Origin: an uncultured Actinomycetes bacterium
GTDB lineage: Bacteria; Actinomycetota; Geothermincolia; Fen-727; JACVIW01
Length of the DNA: 64,000 nucleotides
Direction of reading: 5' to 3'
Assembly: GCA_937127245.1 (NCBI GenBank)
Contig: CAKZLU010000041.1
Span: 9,824 to 73,823, forward strand
The position numbers were made by a program, and so were the translations under genes. This document shows positions 49,091 to 57,324 of the stretch, in pieces (position 1 is the first letter of the stretch; every line of letters begins with the position of its first letter). Below the pieces are notes generated by a model, which made no database searches, was not told where the DNA came from, and saw nothing but the letters and a program-made list of their open reading frames with translations.

Positions 49091-50022
49091 GCAGTGCTTC
49101 TTCGCTGGTCAAGGAAGAAATATCGAGGATTAACCCGCCGCGCAGGTGCTGTAAAACATCGGAGCTCTCCGCCCTTCTGCATATGGATGGTTCTTACCGC
49201 TTCGGAAGCGGCGGGCATGCGCTTATCACTGAGAGCAATGAGGTCTTCACTGCGAAAAAGATTCATTCCTTAATGCGGTCTTTGTTTAACTTGAGTGATA
49301 CCCCCGCCGTTGTGAAGCGCGAGTCCCCAAAACGCCGAAAAGTTTATGTGCTTGAGTTTCCGGAACAGACCGGATTCTTTCAGGCATTGAATGAGCTGGG
49401 CATTCTCGATCTCAGTCTTAGTCCCGAGCCATCCGTTCCGCAAAGAATAGTCAAAAGAGATTGCTGCGTGTCTGCCGCTTTGAGAGGGGCTTTTCTTGGT
49501 GGAGGATATTTAAGCGAGCCGTACAAACCAGCTGACCTGGAGATTACCTTTTCATCGGAGAATGCCGCTGACCTTTTCGCCGGACTTTTTCAAAGGAAGG
49601 GAATTAAGCCGGGCAAAAGGAACCGGAACGGCAGGTGGGTGCTCTATCTTAAGTCGAGAGGAAGTATTTCCGCTTTCCTTGCGGTGATAGGCGCCCACAG
49701 GTCCCATCTTGATTATGAAAGTCAGATTATCATGAACGCTACCCGCAGCGCGGTCAACAGAAGAGTCAATTGTGATTCCGCAAACGCCAGAAGGATTGCC
49801 GTATCTTCGCTCAAACAGCGCGAATCGATTCTTAAGTTGAAAAACACCGGGCAACTATTCAATCTTGAACCACTCCTTGTTCAACTTGCCGAAGCGAGGC
49901 TTGAAAATCCGCAAGCTTCGCTGGCAGAACTGGGGAAGATGATGCATCCATCTCTCACCAAATCAGCGGTTCAAAGAAAGATGCGGAAGATAATTCGTGT
50001 ATGCGAAAAAAACGCGCACTAA
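49087..50022 (+). CDS. whiA: Sporulation/cell-division transcription regulator WhiA
   Basis: RRCCKTSELSALLHMDGS is the N-terminal LAGLIDADG-like domain. A C-terminal HTH is present (LAELGKMMHPSLTKSAVQRKMRKI). Confidence 0.9.
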   Translation: MSSASSLVKEEISRINPPRRCCKTSELSALLHMDGSYRFGSGGHALITESNEVFTAKKIHSLMRSLFNLSDTPAVVKRESPKRRKVYVLEFPEQTGFFQALNELGILDLSLSPEPSVPQRIVKRDCCVSAALRGAFLGGGYLSEPYKPADLEITFSSENAADLFAGLFQRKGIKPGKRNRNGRWVLYLKSRGSISAFLAVIGAHRSHLDYESQIIMNATRSAVNRRVNCDSANARRIAVSSLKQRESILKLKNTGQLFNLEPLLVQLAEARLENPQASLAELGKMMHPSLTKSAVQRKMRKIIRVCEKNAH

Positions 50023-50108
50023 CTTATTTTACGAGAAAGATTTTGCCTGAATTGTCATATAATAGGTGATGTTTAATCACAGCGAAATAGCCGAAAGGGG
50101 TGTGCGAA

Positions 50109-51107
50109 ATGCCAATAAGAATTGGAATAAACGGTTTCGGCAGGATTGGAAGGCTTGTGGCTCGAATTGCGCTTGCGGACCCTGAAATCGAACTTGTCGC
50201 CGTCAACGACCTTGCCGACGCAAAGACTCTCGCTCACCTTTTCAAATACGACTCGATTCACGGGGGTTATATCCAGGAGGTAAAAGCGGAAAACGACCAT
50301 ATAAATATCGGCGAAAAACGGGTAAAAGTTTTAAATGAGAAAGATCCCGGTTCTCTTCCCTGGAAAGACCTCGGGGTTTCAATAGCGGTTGAATCAACCG
50401 GAAGGTTCACAAAGAGAGATGCCGCTCAGAAACACCTTGACGCGGGTGCCGAGAGGGTCATAATCACCGCCCCAGCTACCGATCCGGACCTTACCGTGGT
50501 TATCGGAGTTAACGACGACCTCTTTGATCCAGAAAAGCACAAAATAATTTCAAACGCGTCGTGTACCACTAACTGCCTTGTGCCAGTAGTGAAGGTGTTG
50601 ATGGACAATTTTGGGGTGGAGCGAGGATTTATGACGACGATCCACGCGTACACCAACGACCAGTGTCTGCTCGATGCTCCGCACAAGGACCTGAGAAGGG
50701 CAAGGGCTGCGGCGATGTCCATAATACCCACAACAACAGGAGCCGCCCGCGCGACCGGACTTGTAATACCTGAACTGAAAGGCAAAATGGACGGGGTCGC
50801 TATGCGTGTGCCGGTGTCTAACGGATCTGTGGTTGATCTGGTTGCGATACTTGGCAGAGAGGTGACTGTGGAAGAGGTAAACAAAGCGGTAAAGGATGCC
50901 GCGGGGGGAGAGAGACTGAAAGGAATACTCGCCTACACAGAAGATCCAATCGTCAGCATCGATGTGGTCGGCAGCACGTACTCATCTGTCTTTGATGCCG
51001 CATCCACAATGGTTATGGGAAATCTCGTTAAGGTTGTGTCTTGGTACGATAACGAATGGGGCTATTCAAATAGAGTGGTTGACCTCATAAAAATAGTCGC
51101 CACATGA
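50109..51107 (+). CDS. gap: Glyceraldehyde-3-phosphate dehydrogenase (type I)
   Basis: IRIGINGFGRIGR and the catalytic ASCTTNCL. Confidence 0.95.
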   Translation: MPIRIGINGFGRIGRLVARIALADPEIELVAVNDLADAKTLAHLFKYDSIHGGYIQEVKAENDHINIGEKRVKVLNEKDPGSLPWKDLGVSIAVESTGRFTKRDAAQKHLDAGAERVIITAPATDPDLTVVIGVNDDLFDPEKHKIISNASCTTNCLVPVVKVLMDNFGVERGFMTTIHAYTNDQCLLDAPHKDLRRARAAAMSIIPTTTGAARATGLVIPELKGKMDGVAMRVPVSNGSVVDLVAILGREVTVEEVNKAVKDAAGGERLKGILAYTEDPIVSIDVVGSTYSSVFDAASTMVMGNLVKVVSWYDNEWGYSNRVVDLIKIVAT

Positions 51108-51124
51108 TCAAGGGAGAGCCTAAG

Positions 51125-52315
51125 ATGGTAGTCTTAACAAAGAAAACACTCAGGGACATAGATGTCTCCGGAAAAAGGGTCATAGTGCGAGTCGATTTCA
51201 ATGTTCCCCTTGACAAAGACAGAAATGTCGTCGATGACACCAGGCTCAAGGGCGCGATACCCACTGTCCGTTACCTCCTCGAGCAGGAAGCGCATCCCAT
51301 ATTGATGTCCCACCTTGGTCGTCCGAAAGGTCAGGTCGTTGAAAGTCTGAGAATGGCGCCTGTTGGTAAGAGATTCGAAGAACTCATCTCATACCCTATG
51401 CTTACGCTGAAACAATGTATCGGTCTCCAAGTCAAGGAAGCAATCGAGCAGAATCCCGATAAAATAATCCTTATTGAAAACCTGCGCTTTCACCCGGGCG
51501 AAAGGGAGAACCTTCCCGACTTTGCAAAGATGCTTGCGGAACTTGGTGAGGTATATGTCAATGACGCCTTCGGGACCTCTCACCGCGCTCATGCCTCCAC
51601 CGTGGGAATAACCGCATACCTGCCCTCTGTGATGGGTTTCTTGATGGAAAAGGAGCTGCTCACACTGGGATCGCTTTTGGAAGAGCCAGAGCGCCCGTTC
51701 GTGGTCGTTCTTGGCGGCAACAAAGTTTCTGATAAGCTCGGAGTTATCGACAGTTTCATCGAGGTTGCTGATGTTGTTCTCACGGGCGGTGGCATGTGTT
51801 TCACTCTGCTCGAAAGCATGGGCCTTGAAACGGGGAACTCAATAGTTGAGGAGGACCAGATACAGCCCATTTCGGCAACGCTGAAGAAAGCAAGAAAGAA
51901 AGGCGTAAGAATAATGGTCCCCTCTGATTTAGTTGTCGCAGACAGGTTTGACAAGAACGCCAATCACAAAGTGGTGGCGGCGGAGAACATCCCGCCTGAC
52001 TGGATGGGGCTTGATATAGGGCCGGTGACGATTGAGAAGTACTGTTCAATCATAAAAGAAGCTAAGACTGTCTTCTGGAACGGTCCCATGGGGGTCTTCG
52101 AGTGGCCGGCATTCGCGAACGGGACTAAAAGAATAGCGGAGTGCATTGCGGAAGCGCCCGGTCTTACAGTGGTTGGCGGTGGGGATTCTGACGCTGCGAT
52201 AAAGCAATACCGTCTTGAGGACAAGATAGATTTCATCTCTACCGGTGGCGGAGCAGCCATGAGACTGCTTGAGGGAAAGAAGCTGCCCGCCGTTGAGGCG
52301 CTTGATGAGAAATAG
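51125..52315 (+). CDS. pgk: Phosphoglycerate kinase
   Basis: RVDFNVPLD and the C-terminal GGGDS...STGGGA motifs. Confidence 0.95.
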   Translation: MVVLTKKTLRDIDVSGKRVIVRVDFNVPLDKDRNVVDDTRLKGAIPTVRYLLEQEAHPILMSHLGRPKGQVVESLRMAPVGKRFEELISYPMLTLKQCIGLQVKEAIEQNPDKIILIENLRFHPGERENLPDFAKMLAELGEVYVNDAFGTSHRAHASTVGITAYLPSVMGFLMEKELLTLGSLLEEPERPFVVVLGGNKVSDKLGVIDSFIEVADVVLTGGGMCFTLLESMGLETGNSIVEEDQIQPISATLKKARKKGVRIMVPSDLVVADRFDKNANHKVVAAENIPPDWMGLDIGPVTIEKYCSIIKEAKTVFWNGPMGVFEWPAFANGTKRIAECIAEAPGLTVVGGGDSDAAIKQYRLEDKIDFISTGGGAAMRLLEGKKLPAVEALDEK

Positions 52316-52330
52316 TTATGGAGGGAGTCT

Positions 52331-53089
52331 TTGAGGAAAAAGATAATAGCCGGTAATTGGAAAATGAATCTCACCCCTGACCAGGCCTCTACCCTTGTTC
52401 GGGAAACCTGGGAGGAAATACAGGGTATAGACGGGGTGGACGTGGTTGTTTGTCCACCGTTTATTTGTATCCCTACTGTAAGAGAGATTCTCGATGAGTA
52501 TTCGATAAATATGCACCTGGGTGCTCAGAATATGCACTGGGAAGAATCCGGGGCTTACACGGGTGAGATATCGCCTGTGATGTTGAAATTTTACGGTGTT
52601 TCCCATGTGATCATAGGTCACTCCGAGAGAAGACAGTATTTTGGAGAGACAGACCAGGCGGTGAACAGGAAGGTCCTATCCGCTCTGTCCCACGACCTCA
52701 CGCCAATAATGTGCGTCGGCGAGAGTTTGAAGGAGAGAGATGACGGACACACGAAAGACGTGGTTGTCGCGCAGGTTAAGAGGGGCTTGTTCGAGGTCAT
52801 GAAAGATGTAGTGCGCAGAGTTGTAATCGCCTATGAGCCGATATGGGCGATAGGCACAGGAAAAGCTGCCTCTGCTGAGGACGCCCAGGAGGTCGCCTCA
52901 CTGATCAGAGAGGTCTTGTCAGAAATTTATGACGAGGACACCTCCCGGGAAATCAGAATTCAATACGGCGGGAGCGTGAGCCCCGAAAATATTTCCGATT
53001 TCATGTCCATGCCTGACATTGACGGCGCGCTGGTAGGCGGGGCGAGTATTAAGTCCGAGAGTTACGCTACGCTCGTGAGGTTGGCTTGA
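52331..53089 (+). CDS. tpiA: Triosephosphate isomerase
   Basis: IIAGNWKMN, the catalytic IGHSERR and AYEPIWAIGTG. Confidence 0.95.
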   Translation: MRKKIIAGNWKMNLTPDQASTLVRETWEEIQGIDGVDVVVCPPFICIPTVREILDEYSINMHLGAQNMHWEESGAYTGEISPVMLKFYGVSHVIIGHSERRQYFGETDQAVNRKVLSALSHDLTPIMCVGESLKERDDGHTKDVVVAQVKRGLFEVMKDVVRRVVIAYEPIWAIGTGKAASAEDAQEVASLIREVLSEIYDEDTSREIRIQYGGSVSPENISDFMSMPDIDGALVGGASIKSESYATLVRLA

Positions 53090-54609
53090 GAACCCCGCGT
53101 CCTTTTTTGCTTGCGATACTTGATGGTTGGGGCGAGGCGCCGCCCTCAGAAGGGAACGCAATCGCCGCCGCTAATACCCCGACTATGGATACCCTCAAAA
53201 GCCAGTTTCCTTTCACGACGCTTGACGCCTCGAGCGAGGCGGTTGGGCTTCCGCCCGGACAGATGGGAAATTCCGAAGTGGGACACTTGAACATCGGTGC
53301 CGGCAGGGTTGTTTATCAGGACCTAATGAGGATAACAAACTCGATAAGGGCGGGTGAGTTTTTTAGAAACTCTGTCTTGTTGTCTGCGGTCGAGCACGCG
53401 CTTTCAACGGGCGGAACGCTCCATTTGTTGGGGCTACTTTCAGACGGCGGTGTTCACAGCCATATAGAGCATCTATTCGCTCTTATTGATCTTGCCGAAC
53501 AGATGGGTCTTGAAAGGGTCTGCACACACGCTTTTCTTGATGGTCGCGATGTGCCTCCCCGAAGTGCACTGAAATATGTGGAAATGCTCGAAGCAAAGAT
53601 TGGTCAGGACGGTCCCGGGTCAATAAGAACGATTCAGGGGCGTTACTATGCGATGGACAGGGATAACAGATGGGAAAGGACAAAGCTGGCCTATGACGCT
53701 ATCGTTCACGCGGTTGGTCCGGTTTCAGACTCAGCGAAAAGCGCAGTTCTTAAATCCTATGAGGATGGAATATACGACGAGTTACTCGTGCCTCGCGTAA
53801 TCGGTGAAAGAAAGCCGATGACCGCAAACGATTCGGTCATATTTTTCAATTTCCGTCCCGACCGTGCAAGACAACTCGTTCGCGCGCTTACCGATGTCAA
53901 ATTCGACAAATTTGACCGCGGAAATCCGCGGATGCTGCCGTTTCTCGTAACAATGACGGAGTACGACAGGAGGTTCAATCTGCCTTATGCTTTTCCGCCA
54001 GAGGAAATAAAATGTGTTCTTGCTGATGTCTTGGCGGCTTCCGGTTTAACTCAGCTTCACATAGCTGAAACGGAAAAATATGCGCACGTGACTTACTTTT
54101 TCAACGGAGGGGTTGAGGAGCCCAAACCCAATGAGGAAAGAATCTTGATACCTTCACCCAAAGTCTCAACCTATGACAAAAAACCCGAAATGAGCGCATT
54201 CGAAGTCGCGAAGGAAGCTGCGAAAAGGATAAGAAGCGGTAGATACGATTTTATTGTCCTGAACTTTGCCAACTGCGACATGGTAGGTCATACGGGGGAA
54301 TTCAATGCGGCCGTTCGCGCTGTGGAGGCGGTGGACAGCAGCCTTGGCATCGTTCTTAACGCGCTAAGTGAGGTCGGCGGAGCAGGATTCATCACCGCTG
54401 ACCATGGAAATGCAGAGATGATGCTCGATGGTGGTAAGACTTGCACCGCACATTCTTTGAGCAGGGTACCATTCATAAACCGAACGCCAGAAAAAAGGGC
54501 TCTCAGGGAAGACGGGAAGCTCGGCGACATCGCGCCCACCATTCTTGAATACATGAGGCTGCCGGTACCGGATGAGATGACAGGTCGCTCCCTTTTCATT
54601 CAGTCTTGA
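53086..54609 (+). CDS. gpmI: 2,3-bisphosphoglycerate-independent phosphoglycerate mutase
   Basis: LAILDGWG, SEVGHLNIGAGR, LLSDGGVHSH and the C-terminal ADHGN are all iPGM motifs. Confidence 0.9.
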   Translation: MRTPRPFLLAILDGWGEAPPSEGNAIAAANTPTMDTLKSQFPFTTLDASSEAVGLPPGQMGNSEVGHLNIGAGRVVYQDLMRITNSIRAGEFFRNSVLLSAVEHALSTGGTLHLLGLLSDGGVHSHIEHLFALIDLAEQMGLERVCTHAFLDGRDVPPRSALKYVEMLEAKIGQDGPGSIRTIQGRYYAMDRDNRWERTKLAYDAIVHAVGPVSDSAKSAVLKSYEDGIYDELLVPRVIGERKPMTANDSVIFFNFRPDRARQLVRALTDVKFDKFDRGNPRMLPFLVTMTEYDRRFNLPYAFPPEEIKCVLADVLAASGLTQLHIAETEKYAHVTYFFNGGVEEPKPNEERILIPSPKVSTYDKKPEMSAFEVAKEAAKRIRSGRYDFIVLNFANCDMVGHTGEFNAAVRAVEAVDSSLGIVLNALSEVGGAGFITADHGNAEMMLDGGKTCTAHSLSRVPFINRTPEKRALREDGKLGDIAPTILEYMRLPVPDEMTGRSLFIQS

Positions 54610-54659
54610 ATGCCGGTTGTCATTTCCTTACAATAACCATCGAAAGGGTTGATTACAAA

Positions 54660-54902
54660 ATGAAAATATTGCAGATAATAGTTCTGGTGATTCACATATT
54701 TGCCGCTTTAGGTCTTATCATTGCGGTTCTGCTCCATTCCGGTCGGGGAGGTGGACTGTCCGGAGCATTTGGGGGCAGTTCGTCTTCCATGTTTTCAGGT
54801 TCCTATGTGGTTGAAAAAAATCTAGACCGAATCACCATAGTGCTGGGTATAGTATTCGCAATCACCACATTATTGCTTCTTTGGTTACTCGCGCCCAAAT
54901 AA
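54660..54902 (+). CDS. secG: Preprotein translocase subunit SecG
   Basis: ILQIIVLVIHIFAALGLIIAVLLHSGRGGGLSGAFGG is the typical SecG Gly-rich loop; two TM helices. Confidence 0.85.
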   Translation: MKILQIIVLVIHIFAALGLIIAVLLHSGRGGGLSGAFGGSSSSMFSGSYVVEKNLDRITIVLGIVFAITTLLLLWLLAPK

Positions 54903-55004
54903 GTAATTTTCTTCTCACGCATTACGGTAAGAGCCCGTATCCTTTATTGAAATTGTCGCATGTTTTTGGTATTCTCATTTTGTAATTTGAGTTGCTCCCG
55001 AAAG

Positions 55005-55030
55005 AGTGGGCTGAAGCCCACTTTTTATTT
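55005..55030 (+). terminator. Rho-independent terminator after secG (agtgggc-tgaa-gcccact + TTTTTATTT)
   Basis: Perfect 7-bp GC-rich stem, tetraloop and T-run seen in the sequence. Confidence 0.7.
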
Positions 55031-55073
55031 CGCGGGATCGGTTTTGGTGAAAAAAGCTTGGGCAAAGGAAATC

Positions 55074-55535
55074 ATGGATAGTATTGTTGAAAGAATTGAA
55101 GAGACCATTTCGGATACCGTTAGGGGATTGAAGGTTAACGTTGTCGACATTGAGGTCGGAAAGTACGGTGGGAAAACTTACCTTAGAATTACTCTTGATC
55201 GGCCAGGGGGCATAACGGTTGACGATTGTGCGGTCGCAAGCGAACTAATAGGACAGGTGATAGACAGGGAAAACCTCATATCCGGTTCTTACGTGCTTGA
55301 GATAATGAGTCCAGGCGTAAACAGACCCCTGAAGAAAGCTCGGGACTTTGAGATGAGCGTGGGCAAAATAGCCAGGGTAAGAATTATCGAGCCCAGAGAT
55401 GGTAGAGATGTATTCCGCGGGGAGGTGACCTCTTTCGACGGAAACGTGCTTAGCATGGTTGTTGACGGGGAGAGAATGGAATTCGTCTTGGAAGAGATCG
55501 CGAGCGCGAGGCTCGACCCGGACCTCCCATGGTAG
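55074..55535 (+). CDS. rimP: Ribosome maturation factor RimP
   Basis: VVDIEVGKYGGKTYLRITLDRPGGITVDDCAVASELIG is the RimP core. It sits upstream of nusA. Confidence 0.9.
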   Translation: MDSIVERIEETISDTVRGLKVNVVDIEVGKYGGKTYLRITLDRPGGITVDDCAVASELIGQVIDRENLISGSYVLEIMSPGVNRPLKKARDFEMSVGKIARVRIIEPRDGRDVFRGEVTSFDGNVLSMVVDGERMEFVLEEIASARLDPDLPW

Positions 55536-55556
55536 TTTTGCAAGAGGGGATATGAG

Positions 55557-56834
55557 ATGGTCAAGTTTAGACTCATTGAGGCGTTGCGGCAGATTGAAAT
55601 AGAAAAGGGAATAGCCATAGAGACGGTCCTGAGCGCGCTGACGGACGCTTTGCTCTCAGCTTATAAAAAGAATTACGGCGCGGCGGAGAATGTTCGAATT
55701 GACATAGACAGGAATACTGGAGACATAAGGGTTTTCGAGGAAAGAAAAGCGGAGGACGGAACCGTAGAGGAAATAGAGGTAACCCCTGAAAATTTTGGGC
55801 GAATCGCTGCCCAGACTGCCAAGCAGGTGATAATACAGAGAATTCGTGAGGCTGAAAGAGACCTCATGTTTGATGAATACCACGGAAGAGAAGGCGACAT
55901 AGTTACCGGCATAGTCCAGCAAAATGATCACCGCTACACTCTTATTGATCTCGGCAGAGTTGAAGCCCTGCTCCCGCCGAACGAGCAGGTCAGGGGAGAA
56001 AGATACGAGCACGGCACCAGGTTAAAAACTTACATACTCGAGGTAAGGAAAACCACGAGAGGTCCTCAGGTAATAGTATCAAGGACCCATCCGGGACTTC
56101 TAAAAAGGCTCTTTGAACTTGAGGTACCCGAAATAAGTGAGGGGATTGTCGAGATCAAGGCGGTTGCAAGAGAAGCAGGCCAGAGGTCCAAGGTTGCTGT
56201 CGTTTCTAACGACCCCAACGTTGATCCGGTGGGAGCATGTGTTGGCGCTAAGGGTTCAAGAGTGCGGATGATAGTGAACGAACTTCGCGGTGAAAAAGTT
56301 GATATAGTCGAGTGGAAAGAAGACCCCGCCCAGTTTGTCGCAAACGCGATAAGCCCGGCAAAGGTCAAAGAGGTGATAGTTGATGCGGAGAACATGACCG
56401 CAGAGGTAATTGTACCGGACAATCAGTTGTCTCTGGCGATTGGAAAGGAAGGACAGAACGCGAGGCTCGCCGCGAAGCTCACAGGCTGGCGGATCGACAT
56501 TCTGAGTGAGTCTGAAGCCGCAAAGGCTGCGGCTGAGTCGGAGGCTTCCAAGGACGAAATTCAAGCAGACAGACAGTGCAGAGCGATACTCGAGGATGGG
56601 ACCAGATGCGAAAACTTGGCTGTTGAAGGTTCTGAATTCTGTGAGCTTCCAGAACATCAGAAACTTGCTGAAATGATAGATTCGGGTGAATTTGAAGTTG
56701 TGGAAGTAGAAATCCGGGATGAGGAGTCCGATGGGGAAGACGGCGAAAATGATGTTTCCGGGCCGGAGAAAGACGGGAACAAGGAAAACGATGGGGAGGA
56801 AAACCCAGAGGCGGGTTCCCGTGAATCAGAATAA
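55557..56834 (+). CDS. nusA: Transcription termination/antitermination factor NusA with acidic C-terminal extension
   Basis: The N-terminus is [39 protein letters not shown]1 and two KH domains follow, then an Asp/Glu-rich tail ([34 protein letters not shown]). Confidence 0.95.
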   Translation: MVKFRLIEALRQIEIEKGIAIETVLSALTDALLSAYKKNYGAAENVRIDIDRNTGDIRVFEERKAEDGTVEEIEVTPENFGRIAAQTAKQVIIQRIREAERDLMFDEYHGREGDIVTGIVQQNDHRYTLIDLGRVEALLPPNEQVRGERYEHGTRLKTYILEVRKTTRGPQVIVSRTHPGLLKRLFELEVPEISEGIVEIKAVAREAGQRSKVAVVSNDPNVDPVGACVGAKGSRVRMIVNELRGEKVDIVEWKEDPAQFVANAISPAKVKEVIVDAENMTAEVIVPDNQLSLAIGKEGQNARLAAKLTGWRIDILSESEAAKAAAESEASKDEIQADRQCRAILEDGTRCENLAVEGSEFCELPEHQKLAEMIDSGEFEVVEVEIRDEESDGEDGENDVSGPEKDGNKENDGEENPEAGSRESE

Positions 56835-56977
56835 CTGGGTGATGAAAAGGGCTCTTGACCTAAGGCGGGCGGTTTGACTCAAAAAGCGCATCATCTCTTT
56901 GTGTCCCCTTACTGAAACCGATTTCCAAGTTATAGTTAGGGAATGCCTTTAAGAACAACACCGGGGAAGGTGCGGAC

Positions 56978-57265
56978 TTGGCTTGGAAAAGGGTAGCCGA
57001 TAGGCGGTGCGTTGGATGCGGCCGAAGGCGCCACAAAAATGAAATGATAAGGGTTTCGAAGACGAAAGACGGGCTTATAAGGATTGACCTTGGCGCAAAC
57101 ATAGCCGGACGCGGCTGTTACATATGCTATGAGGAAGAGTGTTTCGCGAAGGCGGAGAGGAAAAGGGCGATAGACAGAGCGCTCAGGATGAATGTTTCGG
57201 ATGATACATACGAGGAGGTTCTTAAAACAATAAGGAAAGAGCGCTCCTCAGGCTCTGAAAACTGA
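56978..57265 (+). CDS. ylxR: YlxR/DUF448 family protein (nusA-infB operon RNA-binding protein)
   Basis: RRCVGCGRRRHKNEMIRV is the characteristic motif. TTG start. Confidence 0.8.
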   Translation: MAWKRVADRRCVGCGRRRHKNEMIRVSKTKDGLIRIDLGANIAGRGCYICYEEECFAKAERKRAIDRALRMNVSDDTYEEVLKTIRKERSSGSEN

Positions 57266-57324
57266 AATTGATGCCCCAGTTATCCTGTATAATCGAAGAG
57301 AGTTTGATTTCAAGGTGAAATTGG

